From Naegleria gruberi (lineage: Eukaryota), in assembly GCA_000004985.1 (NCBI GenBank), contig GG738919.1: 64,000 bases of DNA. The stretch is one strand, 5' to 3'. The first letter of the stretch is position 1. Every line of letters begins with the position of its first letter. Position numbers and translations under genes: made by a program. This document shows, one piece after another, positions 1-11,300 of this stretch. The notes below the pieces were generated by a model. It ran no database searches. It saw only the letters and a program-made list of their open reading frames with translations, and was not told where the DNA came from.

Positions 1-75
1 TAACGACTGAGAATGAAAAACAGCAAGTCATATGAGTACTTTAAACAGTTAGTATAAATGCAGAACTCTCAATAC

Positions 76-624
76 TTACATTATATCTCCTTCCTTCTTT
101 CCATAATCAATTTTGAGTGGGTTGGCATTGCTTTTGTGAGTTGAAGAGCTATAGACACTGAATTGACCATAATCATTAGCCCCAATTCCATACAATTCGT
201 CATTTCTAGTTGCAACAATGCTGTAAAATCCTCCACTCGATATCATTTTCACTGGTTTATCTTTGAGCTGATGTAAATAATAGACTGATCTTGTAGCAAA
301 TGAATCCAATGGTACAGTAGTAAGTCCCATATGAAAACACGTTCTATTAATTCCCATTGTGTAGAGTGAACCATCCGAGAGGAGAATGAGAAGAAAGTCT
401 GAACCAATTGATACTTGATCAATGTGTGATTCCAATGCTGAAAAGAAGACATCATAATCCTCGTTTCTGTAATTTCTACATTGGTTGGCAATATTGATTT
501 TTACAAAGTTAGGTTTCTCCCTATGAGTCAAAACTGGTGAATGATCAGGTGCAGTTTCTTGTAAATTCTCTGTCACCTTGTTAGTCAGATGTCTTCCAAG
601 AAGATATAACGTTGCTCCACTCAT
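76..624 (-). CDS. RCC1-like repeat protein, 182 aa. The ORF track 76..636 begins at TTG; the first ATG is at 624. Possibly the 3' exon(s) of a longer gene.
   Basis: RCC1-type repeat signatures GSDFLLILLSDGSLYTMG and SGGFYSIVATRNDELYGIGANDYGQ. Stop TAA at 76-78. An in-frame TAG lies just upstream of the TTG. Confidence 0.5.
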   Translation of the reverse strand: MSGATLYLLGRHLTNKVTENLQETAPDHSPVLTHREKPNFVKINIANQCRNYRNEDYDVFFSALESHIDQVSIGSDFLLILLSDGSLYTMGINRTCFHMGLTTVPLDSFATRSVYYLHQLKDKPVKMISSGGFYSIVATRNDELYGIGANDYGQFSVYSSSTHKSNANPLKIDYGKKEGDIM

Positions 625-1252
625 GATTCTCTTCAATTCTCTCTATTCTTGTTTTTTCCGGTTGTGAAAAGTGTGACAATTTTGATTATCTGAATAAATT
701 ATTATTACTAGTAATTCGCTATTAATTATAATAGTAGAAACCCAAAGATGAAGTATTGACAATCTTTTTGATTATTATTTGAATCCATTCTTCATCTTTG
801 GTTGACATTGAATTTGGTTAGTTTCCAAAAACCTCTTTGTGGAAAATTAAAAAGGCAACCCAGTGTTATGATGACAAGTAAAGATGTCTTCATCAATTAA
901 TGAAGAATTATTATTAATAATAATAATGCAATGTTATTATTCGGTTGAGAGAGGAATGTAGTGAATGAAAATTGTTTCATGATACTTTAATTTTGATTTT
1001 CCGAAGAATATCTAATATTGTTGTTGTAATTGTTAATGATGAGGAATTTAATAGCCAAAGAAGAACTATATCTTTAATATTAATAATCCAATCCAATATT
1101 CCAAATTATTCTAATGATGAAAGCTTCTTTGCTCTTTTTCTGGCTTGCAGATATTATGAGAGCATTTTTGCCATAGCAAACTTTGGTTGTAAAACGATGT
1201 AGTCAACGAATAATTAAAAAACTTGTTGAAAAAAAAATACGCAAAAGTCAAA

Positions 1253-1802
1253 ATGGTACGTACTGCAGTCACTCTCTTAAAAAATATTTACCTTCTCTTT
1301 TCTAATTAATACTTGCTTGGTATGAATTATTTACTTACTCTTGAACATATTATAGGCCACAACTAAGAAGAAGTGTAGAAAGATGAGAGGTCACGTCTCT
1401 CACGGTCACGGTCGTATCGGTAAGCACAGAAAGCACCCTGGTGGTCGTGGTATGGCTGGTGGTCAACACCATCACAGAATCTGGGTTGACAGATTCCATC
1501 CTGGTTATTTCGGTAAGATCGGTATCAGAAGATTCCACATGAATAAGAATCACTTCTTGACAAATTGTCTCAATGTTGACGAATTGTGGAAGGTTGCCGG
1601 ACAAGAAGTCTACCAACAAGCCAAGGAAGGTAAATTCGGTGGTAAGGCTGTCGTTATTGATGCTCACAAGGCTGGTTTCGACAAGATCATGGGTAGAGGT
1701 GACTTGCCAAAGATCCCAATCGTCGTCAGAGCTAGACTCTTCTCCAAGTCTGCTGAAGAAAAGATCAAGGCTATTGGTGGTGTCTGCGAACTCACTGCTT
1801 AA
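1253..1802 (+). CDS. RPL27A: 60S ribosomal protein L27a (uL15), join(1253..1255,1356..1802). The 100-nt intron 1256..1355 follows the ATG directly.
   Basis: [27 protein letters not shown] matches the L27a N-terminus. ATG|GTACGTAC donor and TATTATAG| acceptor. Exon 2 is in frame with the ORF 1383..1802. Confidence 0.85.
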
Positions 1803-1931
1803 ACTTCTTTCCAAACTATAAAAAAAATTATTTAAAATCATTATTCTTGTTGATTTTTGTTCATCTCCAAGAAATTCTAGCAAGTGTTTTACCAGTCAAT
1901 TTGGATATTGGAAGATTGAAAAAGGTTGAAT

Positions 1932-2711
1932 TTATTTTGACATGGCACTCCAATGTTTGTGAGTTTGGTTGATAATGTGCTTAGCATAGGCCTTATCTAA
2001 AACTGTGGTATTGAATCCAAAATGATTTTCAGGTTTTCCATCGGTAGTCTTGTACATTCTAAACCAATCAATGATATCATTAATCTTTCCCTTTGGAATA
2101 TCATAAATGTCCTGTAAATCTTCATCTGGTTGTTGTGTTGAGGTTTCAGATTCTGAAACAACTCTACCAATAACTTTCCAATCCATTTCACCTTCATCAA
2201 TCATTGCAAGAATTCCAAAAACTTTGATTTTATAAACTTCTCCCATTTCCAAAGCAACATCACTAATTTCCACAACATCAATTGGATCATTGTCACCTTG
2301 AACAGCAACAGTTGGTTGATAAACACCATCCTTAACTTGTCCAAAAGGAACATGAATTAATTTCTTTGGATCTTCCCAAGTTTGAGGAAGCATTCCGTAA
2401 TTGAAAGGAATTCCACCAGCATCAAGTCTATAAGTAAATTCTCTGAGTTTTCCCTTCTTTTCATCTTGAATTATTGGATTAAATTGCTCCTTTGTATTGA
2501 CTTCCATCTTTTTCAGAGTGTGCATTGGAATTTCATTAACAAAATAGTAATGATTAGCACTTGCTTGAAGTGGAATATCATGCCACGGAGAAATGAATGT
2601 ATTCTTATTGATGGATCGATACATGATTTTAAAGCCATGATTTCCGAGGGTTCCCTCCAAAACTTTAGAAATTGAAAGTTTGCCCATTTGCGAGCAAATT
2701 TGTGAAGCCAT
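1932..2711 (-). CDS. PPA1: Soluble inorganic pyrophosphatase (family I). First ATG at 2711; the ORF track starts at a TTG at 2726.
   Basis: Conserved PPase motifs: DPIDVVEISD, the EGEMDWKVIG region and the HFGF C-terminus. Stop TAA at 1932-1934. Confidence 0.9.
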   Translation of the reverse strand: MASQICSQMGKLSISKVLEGTLGNHGFKIMYRSINKNTFISPWHDIPLQASANHYYFVNEIPMHTLKKMEVNTKEQFNPIIQDEKKGKLREFTYRLDAGGIPFNYGMLPQTWEDPKKLIHVPFGQVKDGVYQPTVAVQGDNDPIDVVEISDVALEMGEVYKIKVFGILAMIDEGEMDWKVIGRVVSESETSTQQPDEDLQDIYDIPKGKINDIIDWFRMYKTTDGKPENHFGFNTTVLDKAYAKHIINQTHKHWSAMSK

Positions 2712-3016
2712 TTTTTTTTCAATCAATTTGGGAACTTTTAGAATTTTTTTATTTGAAAATTGAAATGTTATGAAATTAAATGTTTAATCATTAACATTAT
2801 TGAAATTTACAATTTTTTCATATGAAAAAACAAATAAATTAAAAAAATTGTTGTTTTTATGAAACTTAAAAATGGAAATTCTTAAATTTGGAAAAAGCGA
2901 AGGGTGTTTCTTTTTAATACTGATGATTACTGATGCCTAATTGTTTATGATATATCTCTCAACAATTGCCTTTGATTATTAGTTCTATCTCTTATCATTT
3001 CAAATCTCAAAAAGAA

Positions 3017-4290
3017 ATGCCACCTTTCAAACAATTAATCACCGAGCAGTTTCATCGACCTGCTAATCAGAACAACGACAATTGGAGTTTTTTTTCATTG
3101 TTAGAATCGAATATAAATTCATCTTCATATTCGAAATTTGATTTAATGGATACTAATGTTACACTTTCGAATTTGGATCCTATTCCTCAATCGATTGGAG
3201 CAATTACAATATCAAGTACATTTTTAGTATTATTTAATATCTTGATGATTGTTATTGCTTCGTCTTTTATTCGAACTAAAATACGAAAGGAAATGAAACG
3301 AAATCAAATTATAATGGTAGGAATGGTTTTTATTCTATCCATTGTTCAATGTATTGGAATACTTGGGAGGAATATTTATGATATCATTTCCATTATCATT
3401 AATAATCAATATAATACTTTCGTCCAAAATACCTATTCATCTGAATCTCAAGAATTCATTGACACTTTCGAATATCACAATTGCTCGATTACAACCACTC
3501 AAGCAGGCATCAAATTTTCCCATGTTGTAGCCATGCATCTAACAGGTTCAATTGAAGTTCTTTTCATTGTTGGAAATCTCATTACAATGGTTGTAATCAT
3601 GAGCTTTGTAGGACATGTCTTTCTAGAAACTGTCAAGATTGCAGGAAGTTTCGAAGAGGCAAACTCACGACTAACAAAACGACTCATGATTATCCAGAAT
3701 TCATTCACTATTTTTTTCTGCGTTTCATTTGGTTCGATTGTTGTGGCTATTGCAGTGCTTTTCTTTTTCATCAAGATTCACTTTATTGAGGATTATCAGT
3801 TTCTGCTATTTATGATTGGATATATTATTTACTTTTTGCAGATTGTCATTAATTTGGTCATTTCAATGGTAAGTTTAAAGTTTTCATTGGAGAAAAATTT
3901 ATTCGAAATATGAAGATTGTTGCTTTCAAGGTTTTGAAAACAATTAAAACAAGAGCAACTAAGACAAACAAACAACAATCACAAAGACCAATCATTAAGG
4001 TTATTACACTGCAGTTGGCTCTTGTTTTTTCTGCTCTGTCACAAATCATCGCGATCGGTTGTGCCACAGCTTTGGATGACTGGAGTTACATGACACTGTT
4101 CTATAATTTCATCAATTCTGCTGGAATTTTAACATTTGGAATTGTAACTGTTCTATTATATCAGCCAATATTTACAGAATCTGCAAGAGCAGTGAAAGAA
4201 TTGAATAATCAGAGTGAAACTTCTTCTGGAAGGAAAAAATCATTGTTTAAAAAAGCTCAAACAATTCCAACAGAAAATTCTAATGTTTGA
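3017..4290 (+). CDS. Multi-pass (about 7 TM) membrane protein, GPCR-like, join(3017..3868,3916..4290) with a 47-nt intron 3869..3915.
   Basis: The ORF 2966..3913 starts at TTG; the first ATG is at 3017. ATG|GTAAGT donor at 3869. Acceptor GAAG|ATT keeps the frame into ORF 3910..4290, and hydrophobic helices continue across the junction. Confidence 0.5.
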
Positions 4291-4373
4291 TTGAATTGAC
4301 CCCTTATTAATAAGTATATGAGTTAAATAACGTGAAAGAAGATATTTTGATTCAATAAGTTAATTTTATGTTT

Positions 4374-6104
4374 TTACTTAAGGTCAACTCCTTTATTGGA
4401 GTTTCTACCAACCTTGAACCTGTAAATAACATGGGCAATAATGAAACCGATAGAAATAATAAATAATGCAAAATTGAGAACTCCATAGAAAAGGAATGGA
4501 CCACTTGGTTTCCAATCATCGAATAAATATCCACCAACCTTTGTGGCCACTAAAATACCAGCAGCACCAAAGAGAGTAAAGATACCACTTACGCTACCTC
4601 TGACCTTACTTGGTGATTCAGCAGTGACAAGGATTTGAGAACAAATAATGACACCAATTTCACCAATACCAATCAATGCAATTGGTAAATAGACAAAACC
4701 ACCAGTGACATCAGTGAGGAAAGATAACATGGTATAACCAACACCTGAAATTGCAGAGACAATTGCCATAACAATCAATCTCGACATTTTTCTAACAAAA
4801 TCAGTCTTGAAATCATCCTCTTGTTCAGGTTGTTGTTCAACATCTTGATTCTTCTTTCTTCTAAATCTCAAGTCAGCAAAAATACCAACAAATGGAGCAG
4901 CAATGAGAGCAAAAGTTTGACAAATACCAGAAATAGTACCACCTCTAGCAGTAGCATCTGCCTTGGATGAATCATGAATGTCAATCATTTGTTGAGAGAC
5001 CCACAATGTAATAAAGGTAGTAATGAGAATAGAGTCACCTCTAGCAACGAAACCAGAAATGTAGGCAAGAATGAGAGATGGTCTCTTTGCTGGAGCAACA
5101 AATAAACCTTCCCAAATGATATTTTTGAATCTGATGAAGGATTTCTTAATGTTGAATCTTTCTTCATCATCCTCTTCTTCACAATCACTACTTTCAGCCA
5201 TTTCTCTTCTGGTTGCTTCACGTTCTTGTTTAGAGTCACAAATTGGGAAAATTCTTCCCTTGAAGAAGATCATTAAGGCACACATGGCAATAATACAGAA
5301 GAAGGCCATAATCATAAAGGCAATCATACCTGCTTGACCTGTTGAAATGGTTGGATCAGCACTTTGAATCCATAATGGAATCTTTAAACAAGCCAAAGCA
5401 GAGACAACAGCACCAAGACCAGATGCCAATCCCAACAAACCAGATGCTTTACCTCTATCCTTATTCTTGACATAGTCACCAACAATGGCAGTTAACATAC
5501 TACTTGTACTGGCAGCACCAATAGCAAAAATAATTCTGTAGATTATCAATTGCCAAATAGTTTCAGCAAATGTATAGAGGAACAATCCAATTCCCATAAA
5601 TAAGAAACCAATCATGTACACAAACTTTCTACCTCTCAAAATATCAGTCAGCACGCCCCAAATCAAGCCAAATGCCAAAATGCACAATTCATTGTAAAAC
5701 GACAAGTCACCAGCCAATTTACCTTGATCTTTTCTATTTACAGTACCTCTCAGATAAGCTTCGAAAACATAACTTGACATGGCATTAATAAATACGAACA
5801 TACTAAGCAAAATGACAACCAAAATATAGAAACAAGTAATATGAACCCACGTAATACCAGGTTTCAGTTCAATAAAACCCAAATATCTATCAGTTCGAAT
5901 ACAGCCACACAATAGTTTTGGTTTCTTTTTGGAAGGAGGACCGGTTGGAGAGGAAGGTTCGCTACCTGGTGATTGATAGGCAATATTATTCTGCACTTCT
6001 TGATTGTCATCTGTTTGATTGACAGAGGAAAGGCCAGCAAGAGGAGGAATTATAATTGCAGGTGATGAAGTTGAATCAGCAGTACTTTGATACGAATTTT
6101 CCAT
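4374..6104 (-). CDS. Major facilitator superfamily transporter, 12 predicted TM.
   Basis: MFS loop signature G-x-L-x-D-I-L-R-G-R-K, alternating hydrophobic helices. ATG verified at 6104..6102. Confidence 0.85.
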   Translation of the reverse strand: MENSYQSTADSTSSPAIIIPPLAGLSSVNQTDDNQEVQNNIAYQSPGSEPSSPTGPPSKKKPKLLCGCIRTDRYLGFIELKPGITWVHITCFYILVVILLSMFVFINAMSSYVFEAYLRGTVNRKDQGKLAGDLSFYNELCILAFGLIWGVLTDILRGRKFVYMIGFLFMGIGLFLYTFAETIWQLIIYRIIFAIGAASTSSMLTAIVGDYVKNKDRGKASGLLGLASGLGAVVSALACLKIPLWIQSADPTISTGQAGMIAFMIMAFFCIIAMCALMIFFKGRIFPICDSKQEREATRREMAESSDCEEEDDEERFNIKKSFIRFKNIIWEGLFVAPAKRPSLILAYISGFVARGDSILITTFITLWVSQQMIDIHDSSKADATARGGTISGICQTFALIAAPFVGIFADLRFRRKKNQDVEQQPEQEDDFKTDFVRKMSRLIVMAIVSAISGVGYTMLSFLTDVTGGFVYLPIALIGIGEIGVIICSQILVTAESPSKVRGSVSGIFTLFGAAGILVATKVGGYLFDDWKPSGPFLFYGVLNFALFIISIGFIIAHVIYRFKVGRNSNKGVDLK

Positions 6105-7085
6105 TTCTTCTTCTGTGTGCAGATGTTATATAAAATTGTTAGAAACAAACTAGTAACCTGAAACTCTTTAAAGTTTAAATAGTAGAGAGTTAATATAATA
6201 CGGATTGAACACAAATGTTTCCGATAATGTAGTACTCTTCAATCTATAATATGAATATATATTGATTGAACACTCCAATATTGTGTATTGTGTGTCCTTG
6301 TTCAAAGTTTATGAAAATGCCCAAAAGAGAGCCTTCTTGGAGGTGTGGTGTTCGGGTTTTTTGTTTGAAGAATTTTCTCGCCTCCAAACTTCTTCTCCAT
6401 CTCCTATCTTACGGAAAAGTGAAGAAGGGCAAATTTGCTCTGCAAACAATGTTGCTATTTGTTGAATTGGTCTCCTGAGTGTGGAGGTCAAACAACAATA
6501 ATATCTACTGTACAGTGGTGGTGGGCAAAGTTTGGCCGAGAGACTGAGGAATGTTCAATAAGCGTGGAAATGGAGCACATTGAAAAATGCTTGATATGGA
6601 CAATTGGTTGGCTCATTTAGATGAGGATGGAATGATCAGGAATGTGTAATGTGGAATTCATTGTTATTCATTGTTTGTGTGTGGAATGGTTGAGTAAATT
6701 GTTGATGTGAGTTGTTGTTGATCATGATGAATGAAAAAGATCTTGAAGAAAAGGATGAAAGCGCATTTTGTCTCGAGTAACAGTCCGGAAATGAGCGAAT
6801 CCGATCCAATCAAAGTCCAGTCAAGGAGTAACAGGACTAATTTGGTGAAAAGTACAGTAGATTGAAACTGTAAAGGAGACTTGGTTATATTAACATGTTT
6901 GTGGAAGGAATCATGATTACAATAATGTTGTAACCTTATCTACCTTAAACTTTTTCAAATGACAATAACGAATCAAACAAGATGAAGGAGTTTACCTTGT
7001 GGTAATACTTTGTTGGCACCTTAAAAGAGTTTTTAGGAATTAAATTGAACAATTCGGTACAAATAACAAGATTCCTTTTGAATTT

Positions 7086-7740
7086 TTATTCGCCCATATC
7101 CTTTCTGACACCTTCAGCTTGTTCTCTTTCTGCCAAATCAAATGGTCTTCCGTCCAGTTTCTTTAACGATGGTAATCTTCTCAATACTTCAATTCTCCAA
7201 TTTTCACCTGCATCCTTAGTATTCTTTTCCAATGGATTACCAGTCAGTAAAATTTCTTCCAAGTCAGGGAGATCTTTCAGTCTGTCAATTTCAGACCAAG
7301 AACTAATCTTGTTATTTCCACAATATAATACTTTGAGTTTCTTCAATTTTTCAACACCAGCTAACGATGTCAAGTTATTATAAGACAACCACAATTGTTC
7401 CAAAGTTGGTGCAACAGCGTCAAGATTTTCCAATCTCTTGATTTGATTTCTAGCCAGTGATAAAATTTCCAAAGATACCAATCCTTGCAAACCACCAATT
7501 CTGTCTATACAATTTGTTGAGAGAGCTAATCTTTTACAATTTTTCATTTGAGACACAGTAGTGTCCATCTTTTCAATTGGAGGAACCCATCCATATAATA
7601 ATACTTGTTCAGCTTCGGAAGCTTTTTGTCCACTCTTTTCTTCCCACGACTTTACAGCATCTCTCAAAAAGAAGACCTTTTATTCCGATTATTAAAATTC
7701 AACATTTGATCAATTTATTGTTCATTTCCAAACCTACCAT
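7086..7740 (-). CDS. DNAL1: Axonemal outer-arm dynein light chain 1 (LRR protein LC1). Probable join(7086..7676,7738..7740) with a roughly 61-nt intron right after the ATG. Coordinates +/-1.
   Basis: Strong identity to Chlamydomonas/human LC1 (ALSTNCIxxI..L..L..LSL.RN.IK...NLDAV..TLE.LW.SYN..., RLPSLKKLDG). The ORF track start is a TTG with an in-frame TAA upstream, so the real ATG must lie in an upstream exon. Candidate CAGG-ATG|GTAGGT ... AAAAG|GTC. Confidence 0.75.
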
Positions 7741-7919
7741 CCTGTTTGTATTTCCTCAGTTATTAATTATCCAAATTTACAGGCAAACCTGAATTGTATT
7801 TTTTTATTTTTAAAAACCAACTTTCCCATACAACCAAGTGATTTCCGTAGTGTACTAATTTTTGGCGCCAATCATACTATCCCTTTCCCTTTTATGAAAT
7901 ATTTTTTACTGATAATGTA

Positions 7920-8000
7920 GCAGACTTGGCCGAGTGGTTAAGGCGACAGACTTGAAATCTGTTGGGGAAACCTTCGTAGGTTCGAATCCTGCAGTCTGCG
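7920..8000 (+). tRNA. tRNA-Ser (anticodon TGA), class II with a long variable arm.
   Basis: Acceptor GCAGACT/AGTCTGC is perfect. D-loop GGCCGAGTGGTTAAGGC, anticodon loop CTTGAAA, T-arm GTAGGTTCGAATCCTGC. A T-run follows. Confidence 0.85.
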
Positions 8001-8321
8001 AATGAACTTTTTGATTTGAAACAAAAAAAAAGATACTTCTTGTTAAAAGGCAAGAAGATAGTGTTGTGTATAATTTTTGTGATGTGTGTTTTTTAAGCAT
8101 TTTGAAATGTTTTTGCTTGGAATCTCAATACGATTCTTTGAGCGCACCTAAAAAGCGCTTTTGAAACCGGACAATGAAAACTTGGACAAGAACTATTTAT
8201 CGCCATCAAAATGACATTTTCAAAAAAAATCAAAAGAAAGAGGTTCTCTACCCAGACTATTCGTTTATCAATATAATTCTTTGATTAGTTTGATTTCCCT
8301 AAACTTGCAACCGATACAAAC

Positions 8322-11300
8322 ATGTCTAGCCATCTATCAGATGGACACGATCACTATAATTCTGATTGCAATCAACCTTTGGAATCACATCAACAAAATC
8401 AACAACAATTAGATGATGATTCCAAACAAGACAATAATCTTCAAAAAACAACAATACCAACAACAACAACTACTGTTTTGGATCATCATTCATTATCAGA
8501 AAATCACATTGCACTATTAAATAATCATCATTCTCATCATCATCACATCATCCAAGAAGAATCATTGTATATAGATGGAGAGCAATTTGATGATGGTGAT
8601 GATTATGTGGTCAAGCAGGGTGATAGACAGTTGGTTGAGAGTGCACCTAGTAGTGTGGAGGAGATTCATGGTGGTGTTCAGGAGGAATCAATATCGTTGT
8701 TATCGAAAATGTATTGGAAAGTGAAGGATAAAATTGTGGACCTGATGTGCTATGTGATTAAAAAGAAACCACTTGGTGATGATTTTGAATTGGAGGAAAA
8801 GGAGCAAGAATTAAAAGAAGAAACTCAACAGGAAGTGGAACCAGTTGAAAAATCCAATTTTGCCTCAGAAGACGAAACTGAACGAAAGTTTGAAAAAATT
8901 TATATTAACAATCGAGAAGAAAATAGAAAATGCAGAAAACCCTTTCCCAAAAACTCTGTCACAACCACCAAATATTCAATACTGACCTTTATTCCAAAAA
9001 ATCTATTCGAACAATTCAGAAAGGCAATCAATGTTTATTTACTATTAACTGTTATTGCAGTTTTAATTCCAGATCTATCACCCATGTTTCCTCCAGCTGC
9101 TGTATTACCCATTACAATCATTGTCCTTGTCCAGATGGCCAAAGATGGATTCGAGGATTTTCAAAGATATCGTCAGGATCGAAAGGCAAACAATGAGAAA
9201 TGTCGAGTGATTAGAGATGGAATCTTACAGGAAATTCAAGTGAAAAATATAGAGATTGGTGATGTGGTTTCGATAAAGAAAGATGAGGTTTTCCCAGCTG
9301 ATTTGTTGTGTATACATTCGTCGAGAGAGGATGAGTTGTGTTATATTGAAACTGCAAATTTGGATGGAGAAACTAATCTAAAGAGTAGAAGACCTATTAA
9401 GGGATCTTCTAAAGTATTTCATCATGATGTTGCGGAGAATAATATTGGAGATTTTGCACAATTGAAAGGAAAGGTTCAAGTCGAGATGGCAAATAACAAT
9501 TTGGATGTGTTTGAGGGCATGCTGAAAATGCAAACTCAAGTGATGGGATATGGTGAATTAATCTCAATTAATGAACCACTCACAATGGAAAATCTATTGC
9601 TTAGAGGATGCACTCTGAGAAATACTCAACACATATTTGGAATTGCAATCTATCTCGGCAAGCACACAAAGATTTTTATGAATACGAAGGAGAATAAGGT
9701 GAAGAGAAATGAATTGTGGGTAACTCTGAATAAGATTTTGGTATTCTTGGTTTTATTTCAACAAGTGTTGTGTGCAATAGTTGCTGGACTGCAGGGAAAC
9801 TTTCATGACACATTCGAAAGCGGTGCATTCTATTTGGCTCCTCTTGATGATTCACCAGCTTCGTTTGTTTCTGTCATGTCAACTTGGGTCACTACGTTTA
9901 TATTGTTAAATTACATTGTCAATGAGACAATTATTATTGGATTTGAAGCTGTCAAGACATTCCAATCGTGGGATATTCAATCAGATGCTGAAATGAGATT
10001 TGGTGATATTAAAACTCAGGTCAGAACAGCAAATTTGAATCAAGCACTTTCATCACTTGATTTTATCTTCTCTGACAAGACTGGAACACTAACACAGAAT
10101 GAAATGAAGTATTCAGATTCATGGACAGATGGCATGTATTATTCAGAGAAAAGCAATCCTGGCTCAATGAAAGAGAAACTAGTGCAATATCATCAATTTG
10201 GTAAGATTGACATTGAAAATCAACCTCATCATCATCAACAAACATCTGTACATGGAGCAGAACATCATGCTAGCTGCATTAGAGAGTTTTTAACATGTCT
10301 CACCTTGAATAACAGTGTCATGCCAGAGAAGGATTTACAAAACCCTGAAAGAATTAATTACAATGGACCTTCCTCAGATGAAATTGCACTTTTGGAGGCT
10401 GCTACCAATAATGGATTCAAATTAATTCAGAGAACCAACGAAGGATTAGTAATTGATGAAATGGGAGAAACTAGATTTTATGAAATTATTGCAACCTTTC
10501 CATTTACATCTGATAGAAAAAGAATGACAGTTCTTGTGAAAACTCAAGAAGGAAGATATATTGCCTATGTGAAAGGTGCAGATAACGTCATGCTGAAGAG
10601 ATGTAGAGCTAGAAAGGAATATGTTCATGAATTGAAATCTGCTCTTCTCAATTTTTCAGTTCAGGGCTTGAGAACATTGGTAATTGGTAGGAGGGAGCTC
10701 TCAATGAGTGAATTTGAAACTTGGTTCGATGGTTATAATAAGGCCTCCATGTCAAGTAAGAATAGAGGAAAGATGATTGCTCAGAGTGCAAGTGATCTGG
10801 AAATTGATTTGGAGCTGGTTGGTTGTACAGCCATTGAAGATAAATTACAAGATGATGTGGCCAAGTCAATTGATTATCTTTCCAGAGCTGGTTTGAAGAT
10901 TTGGGTCTTGACAGGTGATAAGACAGAGACAGCAATTAATATTGCCTACTCAACCAATGTATTGGTGAAAGACAAGACCATTGAAATCAGAATCAGAGAT
11001 GCCAACACACATCAACAAGCCAAAAAGAAACTGAAGGAAGCACTAGAATTCTTACAAAACAATTCGAATAAGGGATTTGAATTTGGTCTCATTATCGACT
11101 CCAAATCTCTAGAGTTTATTCTCGACAAGTATGAGAAACGTTTCATTGAACTAGCTCGATATGTCCACTGTGCTGTCTGCTGTCGTTTAAAACCACTCCA
11201 AAAGTCCAGCATTGTAAAACTAATTGAAAGTAAGCTTCACAAGAAGGCCCTCTCCATTGGTGATGGTGTCAATGATGTGGCAATGATCCAAGCAGCATCC

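Noticed and set aside
972-1202. Short ORFs in promoter or intergenic regions (972..1202, 6262..6620, 28567..28835, 18535..18765).
   Set aside because: No ATG in a good context, no homology, and they overlap AT-rich regulatory sequence.
3911-3913. TGA between ORFs 2966..3913 and 3910..4290 considered as a second selenocysteine site.
   Set aside because: The two ORFs are in different frames and a GTAAGT donor sits right after ATG at 3869. An intron explains it. There is no Sec-family homology.
7615-7910. One-nucleotide disagreement between the printed sequence and ORF-track frames around 7619-7621, compensated before 7906.
   Set aside because: Probably a transcription artefact on my side or in the display. 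It affects DNAL1 exon coordinates by only +/-1 and no biological conclusion.
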